From NCBI GenBank assembly GCA_039933845.1, contig JBDTNH010000003.1:2888-66887 (forward strand): a DNA stretch of 64,000 bases, read 5' to 3'. Below the pieces are notes generated by a model, which saw nothing but the letters and a program-made list of their open reading frames with translations, was not told the DNA's origin and did not search any database. Positions 7,948-16,276 of this stretch are shown piece by piece (positions within the stretch are counted from its first letter, which is position 1; every line of letters starts with the position of its first letter). The position numbers and the translations under genes were made by a program. This stretch comes from Gemmatimonadota bacterium (GTDB lineage: Bacteria > Gemmatimonadota > Gemmatimonadetes > Gemmatimonadales > GWC2-71-9).

Positions 7948-9942
7948 CTATCGCAACTCTTCAACCCCCAGCCCGCGCAGGTACTCGTAGGTCCCATCGT
8001 AGAACTTGGGATTCCGAGTCGGGTCGCTTTGCTCGCCACGAGGCACGAAGATGGCCATCCCCTGGCGCGCTCGCGTTAGCAGTACCCGGTAGGCGTTGAC
8101 CAAGTACCGTTGCCGCACTTCCTTATGCGATTGCTCCCACTTCTTGCCCCGGAACTGGTGATGCCGCCACCCCTCGCGTGTGTAGCGTAGGTCAGCGTCC
8201 CAGGTCACAATCGCCCAGTCCAGCTCAAGCCCCTGCACCTGAAACTCCGTGGCTGCATCTTCCAGGTACCAGGAGGAGCGCGTGTCCTCGTGATCGTTCA
8301 AGAAATAGTGGATCGGGTCAACATTGACGCGGACATCAATCGCGTGGGGCTTCAGTCGCATCGCCTGCGATGACGCTACCAGCCCGTACCGTTCATTCCC
8401 ACGCGCTCGCTCGCGGATCCACTGGCGCGCCGCGCCTAGATCACGTGTGAGGGTGACAGGATAGCGTTCGGTGATTTCCAACAGTAGCTCGCGTGCACGA
8501 TTTACCTCAGTGTCGAGTACCAGCTTCACGAACTCCGATACCCGCTCGGCGCGGAACGATCGCATCGAGACGTTGAGGTGCAGGTGCGGCTCCTCCATCA
8601 CGCGGGTGGATCCCGCGAGATCGCGGATAGGGGCGACTGCATCAAACTCGGCATCGGTTAGGCGTGGGGAGATGTGAACCTTCCAGTGCGGGAAGTGCTC
8701 CCGAACCGCTTCCAGCCAGGCTGCGATCCCGGCCTCGCCGGTGTGAATCTCCTGCCCGCCGCCAACCAGGCAGACGATGACGGCCCAATCGGGATGGCGA
8801 TTCATCACTGAGATCAAGAACGCAGGCTCGGACTGATTGAAGTCAGGGATGCCCTTCCGTCGCCGCATGAAATCGGTCGTCTTGGATTCGTTCCAGGCAC
8901 GCTGCGCTTCGTCGAAAATCACGACATGATCGATCGGTGGTTCTGCCCGCTTCAGGCCGTCATCGCGAAAGTGATGAACGTTCTGGATGAACTGCTTGAC
9001 CGGCTGTGCAACCTCGCCCTTGCGGACGCGTTCGCCAGCGGCCTTCCGGCGCGACACTTCATCTCGCACCAGTGCCTCGCGGAGCACTGCCACCAGCGGA
9101 CCGTTGCCGGAGAGGAAGACGGCATGCGTGGGCGTGGACTCGTCGCGGCGTTGCGTGGCGATGTTCAGGCCGACCAACGTCTTGCCCGCTCCCGGCACCC
9201 CGGTCACGAAGACGATTGCCTTGCTCCCCGCGCGCCGGGCAGTTTCGATGACCTCCTCGACTCGGCGCGACGTAATGGTCAAATTCTCCGCACCGGCGTC
9301 GCTCCGGGAGATGGAGTCCACAGAGTGGCCGGCGTATAGCGCGCGTGCGGCCTGGATAATGGTCGGCGTCGGGTGGTAGGGGGCACGCCCCCACGACAGG
9401 CCGTCGAGCGCACCGCCCCCCGCGAGCTGCACGGCCGCGCGGATCGCCGAGCCGAGGGTGCTGGCGTTGCAGCCGAGCGGGGGGCGCACACCGTCGAGGT
9501 GGGGTACCTCCCACCCGACCGAGCGGTCCGGCGCCTCGGTAGCCACGAGGATAGGGAAGACGGGCGGCTCGTGAGACGCGCGGTGGAAGTTCTTGAGGTC
9601 CAGAGCGTAGTCCCAGGCCTGATTGAACGCCTCTCGGGGGTATGTGGCCTCGCCAGCCTTGAACTCGATCGGGATGATGGCTGCCCCGCTGATCACAACC
9701 GCATCGATCCGGCTGCCTAGTCGAGGGACATCGAACTCGAGGTAGAGGTGTCCTGTGAGTCCTGTCAGCGCCGTTTTGAGAATCGGGAACGTATCGGTCC
9801 ACGCCGCGCGTTGCGTCAGCTCGATGTCGAACTCACTCCACGCGACTAGACGCCCGAGGAGCGCGTCCTCGGGGGCTTCGCAGAAGTCCGCGATGGGGAG
9901 GTCGACGTATGCCGAGCTGCGGGGACGAGTGGGGGAGCTCAT
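7948..9942 (-). CDS. DUF2075 (Schlafen group 3-like) P-loop helicase-like protein with N-terminal nuclease-like region
   Basis: Walker A GVPGAGKT, IFDEAQRAW, QVQGLELDW, YRVLLTRARQG; N-terminal RIDAVV...IEFK. Confidence 0.88.
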   Translation of the reverse strand: MSSPTRPRSSAYVDLPIADFCEAPEDALLGRLVAWSEFDIELTQRAAWTDTFPILKTALTGLTGHLYLEFDVPRLGSRIDAVVISGAAIIPIEFKAGEATYPREAFNQAWDYALDLKNFHRASHEPPVFPILVATEAPDRSVGWEVPHLDGVRPPLGCNASTLGSAIRAAVQLAGGGALDGLSWGRAPYHPTPTIIQAARALYAGHSVDSISRSDAGAENLTITSRRVEEVIETARRAGSKAIVFVTGVPGAGKTLVGLNIATQRRDESTPTHAVFLSGNGPLVAVLREALVRDEVSRRKAAGERVRKGEVAQPVKQFIQNVHHFRDDGLKRAEPPIDHVVIFDEAQRAWNESKTTDFMRRRKGIPDFNQSEPAFLISVMNRHPDWAVIVCLVGGGQEIHTGEAGIAAWLEAVREHFPHWKVHISPRLTDAEFDAVAPIRDLAGSTRVMEEPHLHLNVSMRSFRAERVSEFVKLVLDTEVNRARELLLEITERYPVTLTRDLGAARQWIRERARGNERYGLVASSQAMRLKPHAIDVRVNVDPIHYFLNDHEDTRSSWYLEDAATEFQVQGLELDWAIVTWDADLRYTREGWRHHQFRGKKWEQSHKEVRQRYLVNAYRVLLTRARQGMAIFVPRGEQSDPTRNPKFYDGTYEYLRGLGVEELR

Positions 9943-9985
9943 GCCTGTAGCTTAGATGCGAGCAGCGAGGGCCGCCAGGCCTATA

Positions 9986-10363
9986 TCAGCTTGCCAATGA
10001 GGTGACGAAGGCGCGATCCGACGGCGCCAGGGGCAGCTCGGCAATCTCCGCCAGCGTCGCCCAGCGCAGATCAGCGTGCTCAAGGGCCGCGGGCTCCCCG
10101 TCGAACGTGGCCGGGTAGAACTCGATCACGAACGGCGACCCATCGTCGTGCGTCGAGAAGATCAACCTGCCAATGGAAATCAAGTTCACGCCGAGCTCCT
10201 CTGCGAGTTCGCGGCGCGCCACATCGAGCGGCGACTCGCCCGCCTCGAACTTCCCACCTGGGAACTCCCACAGCCCGCCGTGCCGCTTGTGCAACGGACG
10301 CTGGGCGATCAGGTAGTGGGAGCCGCGGGTACAGACCGCAGCGAGGACACGAACGGTGGTCAC
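9986..10363 (-). CDS. Nudix hydrolase, MutT/NudG-like
   Basis: WEFPGGKFEAGESPLDVARRELAEELG Nudix box. Confidence 0.92.
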   Translation of the reverse strand: MTTVRVLAAVCTRGSHYLIAQRPLHKRHGGLWEFPGGKFEAGESPLDVARRELAEELGVNLISIGRLIFSTHDDGSPFVIEFYPATFDGEPAALEHADLRWATLAEIAELPLAPSDRAFVTSLAS

Positions 10364-10408
10364 CTGGCCGGCCGATGGAATCGAGTTGGCCCGGAGTATA
10401 GCTCTGCT

Positions 10409-10744
10409 TTACCCCCGCGCCTTCCGAAGGCGCTTGATGAGCTGTTTGATGGTGAACTCCGGGTCTTGTGCACAGGGGTGGTTCGGTTCAGGCGCTTCGA
10501 GTCCGATGAATTCGTGCAGAGGGTGGTCTAGGCTCTGGTCGAATCCGCCGGGGCCGGCGGCAAGGTGAAAGACCGTCGGCACCCCTGCTCGTTCCGGGTC
10601 GAACCACATCCCGTCGATCAGAACCTCACGGATGGATGCTTCGTTTGCCTTGCTCGCCTCGCCGCGCAGCTCCAGGAAGCCCCACCCCTTGTAGTTGCTG
10701 GCGTCGCGGTAGAGGTAGACGAACAGGCAGGTTGGCGTGGGCAT
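10409..10744 (-). CDS. Hypothetical protein (YLYRDASNYK motif)
   Basis: Globular-looking ORF; TACAGT -10 box 5 nt before ATG 10744. Confidence 0.6.
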   Translation of the reverse strand: MPTPTCLFVYLYRDASNYKGWGFLELRGEASKANEASIREVLIDGMWFDPERAGVPTVFHLAAGPGGFDQSLDHPLHEFIGLEAPEPNHPCAQDPEFTIKQLIKRLRKARG

Positions 10745-10978
10745 TCTGAACTGTAGCACGGAAGCTCGACTGTACGCGGTACCGAATTCTGCGATGGAGA
10801 AGACTTCTCCGTAGTTCGCGCCCTGCCGGCCGTGAACCCGATCAGGATGACGGGGTCTTTTACCGCTTGTTCTCCTTCACGAAGAAACCGGGGCTTTTTC
10901 AACTTCCGGGAGCTCTGGGCGAATCCTGCAGACTCGAACCTGTCACCTATCGCGCATCTATCGGTTCGTAGCTCCCCC

Positions 10979-11485
10979 CTACCGCCGCCGCACCAACCCC
11001 TCGTGTCCCCACTCCGCGAGTGCCGCCAGGATCGGTTGCCAATCGCCCGGCGCGATGTCGGCCACCGGCTCCAATCCCTTCACCCCGATCGGTCGCCCCC
11101 ACCCCTGCTCCCGAATCGCCTTCTCGAGGATCTCACGCGGCGACAACGGCTCGCCCCGCATCACCCGATGCGCACACTGGCCACATGTGGTGCAGTAGCC
11201 GACCAGCAGCTCGGGATCGAGCGTGGTCCCGAACTCCAGCGGATACACCCAGCCGTCGCAGAGCGGACACGGCCCCGCCGCAACGCGGCCCATTCCCCAG
11301 ACCTGCGTCAGCAACCCGACCGAGAGCGGCCCGACGCCCCGCAACGTGAAGCCGCACACCGCGACACCAGGGCAGTGCTTCATCAGCTTGTGCGATGACG
11401 TGTGAATGGCGCCCAGCACGCGCGCGTGCCGCATGGAGACCTCATCGGTCGCGCTCCACGGCGAGTCGGTTTGTTCGAGAGACAT
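10979..11485 (-). CDS. Hypothetical protein with CxxC pairs
   Basis: CPLC and CTTC motifs; start placed at MSLEQ. Confidence 0.5.
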   Translation of the reverse strand: MSLEQTDSPWSATDEVSMRHARVLGAIHTSSHKLMKHCPGVAVCGFTLRGVGPLSVGLLTQVWGMGRVAAGPCPLCDGWVYPLEFGTTLDPELLVGYCTTCGQCAHRVMRGEPLSPREILEKAIREQGWGRPIGVKGLEPVADIAPGDWQPILAALAEWGHEGLVRRR

Positions 11486-11658
11486 GGCACCCTGCTTTCG
11501 ATGATCAATGCCGCCCCGTCCGCGCATCCCCCATCGTGGGGCGCCACCGTGACCCTCGGGAGAGGGGTCGGTTGGCAGGTGGCCATGCGCCACCATTCCG
11601 AATGCCCGGCCCGCCGAGGCGACAACGAATCGTGCTCCCAAGATAAGGGCGCCCCCGG

Positions 11659-11895
11659 TCAGCCCTCATCCCGGTAGACCGTCGTGTCGCCGCGATCGTA
11701 GTGCTGCATCACCCGCCAGAGATCGCCCTCGTGGACGCGATTCGTTCCCCGGAGATCGCGCTCGTTCGAGTAGATCTCGAAATACGTCCCGTCCGAGAAG
11801 ACCAGGATGACCTTGGCCTTTGGCTGAAGATCGCTCTCCTGCACCACCACCGCCTCGATCGTCCGACCCGGCAACGCCTGCCAATCACCCTTCAT
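11659..11895 (-). CDS. Small hypothetical protein
   Basis: GGAG RBS upstream of MKGDWQ...; LVFSDGTYFEIY. Confidence 0.6.
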   Translation of the reverse strand: MKGDWQALPGRTIEAVVVQESDLQPKAKVILVFSDGTYFEIYSNERDLRGTNRVHEGDLWRVMQHYDRGDTTVYRDEG

Positions 11896-11909
11896 CCTGA
11901 CTCCGTGGT
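11853..11909. repeat. 57-bp direct repeat, copy 1
   Basis: Identical to 12821-12877. Confidence 0.95.
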
Positions 11910-11915
11910 TGGGCC

Positions 11916-11963
11916 GCCCACGGGTGGTCCCGAACTGCGTTCGGGACATCACCCGGGCTCGGC
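11916..11963 (-). repeat. REP-like hairpin, long variant B2
   Basis: Minus strand GCCGAGCCCGGGTG-ATGTCCCGAAC/GTTCGGGAC-CACCCGTGGGC. Confidence 0.8.
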
Positions 11964-12115
11964 TGACAGCGTCCGCTGAAGCGGACTGTACACAACGATC
12001 CCATGGCGGGTCTCACCCGCCGCCCCTGCCGAGCCGTCGCTCTCAGCGACGAGCTCACCACCCGTGGGCAAAGTATGGACTATTCTTCTTGAGACAGCAT
12101 CACGGAGGGAAACCA

Positions 12116-12406
12116 ATGACAATTCGCGAACTGGTCTTGAGTCGTTCGGCACAGATCCGGGCTGCCGCCGAGGCGCACGGTGGTTCCGATGTCCGCCTGT
12201 TCGGGACAGCTGCACGGGGCGAAGATCGTCCGGATAGCGACATCGACCTTCTCGTGACCCTCGCGCCTGGGAAAAGCCTGCTCGATCTGGCCAGGCTGGA
12301 GCTCAGCCTCGAAGAGCTCCTCCAACGACCGGTCGATGTTGTGACGCTCGGTGCGCTCACGGAACCGATGCGAAGCACCGTGTTGAACGACGCCATCGAT
12401 GTCTGA
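12116..12406 (+). CDS. mntA: Minimal nucleotidyltransferase antitoxin (MNT)
   Basis: VRLFGTAARGEDRPDSDIDLLV; GGAGG RBS; overlaps downstream HEPN gene. Confidence 0.88.
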   Translation: MTIRELVLSRSAQIRAAAEAHGGSDVRLFGTAARGEDRPDSDIDLLVTLAPGKSLLDLARLELSLEELLQRPVDVVTLGALTEPMRSTVLNDAIDV

Positions 12407-12755
12407 CGGCCGCCTGCATGCGGTGGAACGGCTGGAACGGATGGAACAGGCTGTCCAGCGGATAGCCGAGTATGTCCGTAGGGGAGAAGCGACGTTCCTC
12501 GCTGATAGCGCCGTTCGGGACGCCATTGTCTATCAGTTGGTCGTGCTTGGTGAGACGTCAAAGTCTGTGCTGAACGCGGACCCGTCCATCGCCGAAATTG
12601 CCCCCTCGTTTCCATGGCGGGAAACCGCCAGGATGCGAGACCGGCTCACCCATCACTATTGGGCGACCGACGACGATGTCGTGTGGATCACAGCGAGTCA
12701 GGATGTGCCAGATCTTGGCCGTGCCCTTCGGATACTGATCGACGACTTGAGCTGA
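12399..12755 (+). CDS. hepT: HEPN (DUF86) RNase toxin
   Basis: RDRLTHHY (Rx4HxY); LGE and PW motifs; paired with MNT. Confidence 0.88.
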   Translation: MSDGRLHAVERLERMEQAVQRIAEYVRRGEATFLADSAVRDAIVYQLVVLGETSKSVLNADPSIAEIAPSFPWRETARMRDRLTHHYWATDDDVVWITASQDVPDLGRALRILIDDLS

Positions 12756-12820
12756 ACCGGCGGACAATAGCCCCCACGCCCCCCCCTACCGGCGCCTTAC
12801 CAGCCCTTCATGCCCCCACT

Positions 12821-12877
12821 CCTCGATCGTCCGACCCGGCAACGCCTGCCAATCACCCTTCATCCTGACTCCGTGGT
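12821..12877. repeat. 57-bp direct repeat, copy 2
   Basis: Identical to 11853-11909. Confidence 0.95.
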
Positions 12878-12929
12878 GGGGGGGAACACGCCTCCACAAA
12901 ATAGAGTACCGCGCGATGGCCACCGACCC

Positions 12930-13370
12930 CTAGCCACGCCTCCCGGTCGGCGCGACACGGGATGCCTGTTTCGTCGGCCGCGCCGTCGCCCGTAAAACCG
13001 CCAGCCCCATCAGCCTTCGGAACTTGGGGCACTCCAAGTGGTCCGGCGCCCGACACTCGACAGCATGGCGGAGGCCATCCCGGATCGCGGTGAGCTTCCG
13101 GATCTGCTCATCGAACTCCTCGGCCCGTGCCGCCAGGACGTCGCGGTCGACCTTCGCCTTGCCACCAACCTGGAGCATCCGCCCGATCTCGTCGAGCGTG
13201 AGCCCTGCCTCCCGCCCGAGCGTGATCAGCGCAAGCTGATCGAGTACCTCGTCGTCGTACTGCCGCCGCAGCCCATGCCGCGCCGTCGACTCGAGCAATC
13301 CCCGCTCCTCATAGAACCGGAGCGCCGATGGCACGACCCCCGACCGACGCGCGACTTCCCCGATGTCCAT
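12930..13370 (-). CDS. MerR family transcriptional regulator
   Basis: IGEVARRSGV...LRFYEERGL HTH; C-terminal CRAPDHLECP. Confidence 0.92.
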   Translation of the reverse strand: MDIGEVARRSGVVPSALRFYEERGLLESTARHGLRRQYDDEVLDQLALITLGREAGLTLDEIGRMLQVGGKAKVDRDVLAARAEEFDEQIRKLTAIRDGLRHAVECRAPDHLECPKFRRLMGLAVLRATARPTKQASRVAPTGRRG

Positions 13371-13379
13371 CCTGCCCCC

Positions 13380-13410
13380 TTGACCTCAAGTCGACTTGAA
13401 GTTGTAGCGT
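13380..13410 (+). promoter_or_regulatory. MerR/SoxR-type promoter-operator
   Basis: TTGACC-19 nt-TAGCGT with dyad TCAAGTCGACTTGA in the spacer. Confidence 0.85.
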
Positions 13411-13447
13411 ACCTCCATCGACGGTCAAGACAGCCATGGAGGAGCAC

Positions 13448-13939
13448 ATGAATCACCTGTTGCATGCCGCGGTCATTGGGATCGGCGCCACCCTGCTGAT
13501 GGATCTCTGGGGTGTCGTTCGCCAGCCGCTATTCGGGTTCGCTCGCCTCGACTACGCCATGATCGGGCGCTGGTTCGGGCATCTGGCCCGTGGGCAGGTT
13601 CGCCACCGGGCGATCGCGGCCGCCCCACCGATTCCGGCCGAGCGCTGGATCGGAGCGACGGCGCACTACCTGATCGGTATCGCCTTCGCGGCGCTCCTAC
13701 TGGAAGCGTTCGGGATGGCCTGGCTGGTGCGCCCCACACTCGCACCGGCACTCATCGTCGGCATCGGCACCGTCCTGGCACCGCTCCTGATCATGCAGCC
13801 CGCAATGGGCGCCGGGATCGCCGGATCACGGACCGCGAACCCCACCGCCACACGCGTCCAAAGTCTGCTCACGCACGCCATCTACGGCCTCGGCCTCTAC
13901 CTCGCCGGATGGCTCGACCATCTGGTGTTTGCGCCATGA
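13448..13939 (+). CDS. DUF2938 membrane protein
   Basis: IGIGATLLMDLW, GRWFGH, AHYLIG, MQPAMGAG; GGAGGA RBS. Confidence 0.85.
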   Translation: MNHLLHAAVIGIGATLLMDLWGVVRQPLFGFARLDYAMIGRWFGHLARGQVRHRAIAAAPPIPAERWIGATAHYLIGIAFAALLLEAFGMAWLVRPTLAPALIVGIGTVLAPLLIMQPAMGAGIAGSRTANPTATRVQSLLTHAIYGLGLYLAGWLDHLVFAP

Positions 13940-13986
13940 ACGGCGCCCCAACGCACACCCCAACCAACTCACATATGGAGAACACC

Positions 13987-14211
13987 ATGCGCATCTCACA
14001 ACGCTTCGCCCCCCTCCTCTTCAGTGCCCTGCTCTCGACAATCATGGTCGCCATCGTCTCGGCGTTCGTGCTCACGACGACCCAGGGATTCCATCCCGGC
14101 TTGTTCGCCCAGTGGACGAGGAGCTGCCTCACGACCTGGCCCGTCGCGTTCCCGACGGTGTTCGTCGTGGCACCACTGGTCCGGGGATTCGTCGCTCGCG
14201 TCACCGCCTGA
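13987..14211 (+). CDS. DUF2798 membrane protein
   Basis: 74 aa, two TM segments, WPVAFP; GGAG RBS. Confidence 0.75.
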   Translation: MRISQRFAPLLFSALLSTIMVAIVSAFVLTTTQGFHPGLFAQWTRSCLTTWPVAFPTVFVVAPLVRGFVARVTA

Positions 14212-14250
14212 ATGCAACCCAATCACACACGCCACTCGAGGGATCCGATC

Positions 14251-14850
14251 ATGACCACTACACGCCACTACCACACCGTCAGCCTCGCACTACTCGCACT
14301 GCTGCTCGCCGCACCAGCCGTCGCGACGGCACAGTCGACCTCCACCACTCCCCCGCGGTGGGAGTTCAACGTCTCGTCGGGCAGGCTTGTGCCAACCGGT
14401 GCGCAACGCACAGCGATCACTGGCGGCGGGGTAACCGCCGCGCAATTGTCATTCGTCCCGGGGCCGATCGCCGTGACCACGACACTGGGATGGGCCCGCA
14501 CCCGCGACCTCGGGCTGCCGAACCAGCCGCGCCTCGATGCGTTCCTCGTCGACATCGGCGCAGAGTTGCGGGCACCGCGAGTTCGGCTGGGAAAGGTCGC
14601 GCTGGCACCGTTCGGTGGTGCGGGGATGGGTCTGCGCAGCTACAACCATCGCAGCCTCGCGATCGACGCTACCCACAACCTTGCCGGATTCCTGGGCGGC
14701 GGGGTCGAGGCCGGTCTCGGGCGCGTGCGGTTGCGCGTGGAACTCCGTGACTATGTGAGCGGGTTCAAGGCACTCGATGGCAGTGACCGTGGCATGATCC
14801 GGAATGACATGGCCATCCTGGCCGGCCTCCGACTCGCACCGCACCGATGA
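14251..14850 (+). CDS. Outer-membrane beta-barrel-like protein
   Basis: Signal peptide; amphipathic beta pattern (APFGGAGMG, LRVELRDY). Confidence 0.6.
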   Translation: MTTTRHYHTVSLALLALLLAAPAVATAQSTSTTPPRWEFNVSSGRLVPTGAQRTAITGGGVTAAQLSFVPGPIAVTTTLGWARTRDLGLPNQPRLDAFLVDIGAELRAPRVRLGKVALAPFGGAGMGLRSYNHRSLAIDATHNLAGFLGGGVEAGLGRVRLRVELRDYVSGFKALDGSDRGMIRNDMAILAGLRLAPHR

Positions 14851-15000
14851 CGGCGCAGCCGATCAGACTGCGCCGGGTGGAGAGGACTGCGCCACCGCGT
14901 ATACATGTCGCCGGAGATATGTATAGAAAAGTTGGGATTTCTATACACATCCTGGAGAGGGCATGCCTCAACACAGGCCCACGGGTGATTCCTCACCTCC

Positions 15001-15183
15001 CGAGCCCACGGGTGGTCCATTCCTTCGCGCTGCTCAGGAACGGACATCACCCGGGCTCGGCACAGACGGAGGCTGAAGCCTCCTTGCTCCGCGAGTGTCG
15101 ATGAGCCAGGCGGGTTTACCCGCCCTCCTTGCCGAGCCCGGGTGCTGTCCCGAACGAAGTGAGGGACCACCCGTGGGCTCGCG
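15001..15183. repeat. Inverted doublet of REP-like variant B2
   Basis: 15001-15061 (minus) and 15131-15183 (plus) share the GCCGAGCCCGGGTG and CACCCGTGGGCTCG arms. Confidence 0.85.
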
Positions 15184-15386
15184 ACGCCTGCCAGATCGGG
15201 GAGATGTGGCTGGATAAAGCTTAGGGGCGACCGTGAGTTCGCCCGGAGCAACCAATGAAGCTTGCCTTACATAGCCGCGATCCAGAGCGCCTACTCACGC
15301 GGGCGCCCAAATGCGCAGGCATTGCGCCTAGGGCAACACGCCAACCCGTATTACCAGCAATACAGGAATACAGGTATATTCCCGGA

Positions 15387-15650
15387 ATGAAAGTCACCGC
15401 CGACATCCCCGATGAGTTGTACCGTCGCGTGAAGGCCAAGGCCGCGACCCAGGGCCGGGCCGTGCGCGAGGTCACCGAGGCGCTCTACTCCGCCTACGTC
15501 GAGACCACCGACGCCGAGTCCAGGATTCGGGATGGCGAGGCGTGGCTTGAGCGTTGGCTCGAGCTCTCCCGCCGGATGCCGCCCCCGGTGGACTCATCGA
15601 CGGCGCGGGACCACCTCGACCAGGCCAGGGGTCGACTGGACCCCGCATGA
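15387..15650 (+). CDS. Ribbon-helix-helix antitoxin (VapB-like)
   Basis: MKVTADIPDELYRRVKAKAA; ATGA overlap with the PIN gene. Confidence 0.8.
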   Translation: MKVTADIPDELYRRVKAKAATQGRAVREVTEALYSAYVETTDAESRIRDGEAWLERWLELSRRMPPPVDSSTARDHLDQARGRLDPA

Positions 15651-16072
15651 AGCCCGTCGTCGTCGACGCCTCGGTTTGGATTTCGGCGGTCGATGCGGGA
15701 GACCCCATGCATTCGAGTGCTGCCGACTGCCTCGCCGCCCTCGGACGCCGGCAGATCCAGATCGTGGTTCCTCGCCTCGCGCGCATCGAGGTGGCCTGTG
15801 CACTCTCACGACGGTTTGGGAGTGCAGAGGTATCACGGGAGGTTGCGGCAGCACTGTTCGACGCGACCTTCGTGATTGAAGAAGACCTTGATGGTGTGCT
15901 GTCGAGTCGAGCAGTGCTCCTCGGCACCACCACGAAGCTCCGCGGCGCCGATGCGTTGTATGCAGCGATTGCCGAGCGCGAGGGAGCACCCCTGATCACC
16001 CTCGACCGCGAACTCCTGGAACGAAGCGGTGCTGTCAGCCCCGGCCAGTGGCTCACAAACGAGCTCGCATGA
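15647..16072 (+). CDS. vapC: PIN-domain toxin
   Basis: VVVDASV...EV...DALYAAIA...LITLD. Confidence 0.88.
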   Translation: MKPVVVDASVWISAVDAGDPMHSSAADCLAALGRRQIQIVVPRLARIEVACALSRRFGSAEVSREVAAALFDATFVIEEDLDGVLSSRAVLLGTTTKLRGADALYAAIAEREGAPLITLDRELLERSGAVSPGQWLTNELA

Positions 16073-16192
16073 TGCGGTCCATTCCAATGCACCCGCTGCA
16101 CGGTGGGGTGGGGTTGGGAATTCGCTATTAGGATCGACCATCAGGTCGATCGGCGCGACCAATGACCTCGCCGAGATCCAGAGCGCCCGCTC

Positions 16193-16276
16193 ACGCAGGC
16201 GCCTAAACGCAAACGCCTAAACGCAAACGCCTAAACGCAGGCACCTAAATGCGGGCGCCTAAATGCGGACGCTTAC
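16193..16276. repeat. 14-bp tandem repeat x6
   Basis: Units ACGCAGGCGCCTAA, ACGCAAACGCCTAA x2, ACGCAGGCACCTAA, ATGCGGGCGCCTAA, ATGCGGACGCTTAC. Confidence 0.9.

Noticed and set aside
10900-10978. tRNA or tRNA fragment (GGTTCGAGTC on the minus strand)
   Set aside because: No proper T-stem, cloverleaf or CCA end could be built.
12930-13370. Annotation as soxR
   Set aside because: It lacks the four-cysteine [2Fe-2S] motif.
16193-16276. Integron attC sites
   Set aside because: GCGTTTAGGC resembles GTTRRRY cores, but the units are tandem with no paired R''/R' boxes and no integrase.
6841-16276. Prophage or ICE
   Set aside because: No integrase, structural, replication or conjugation genes.
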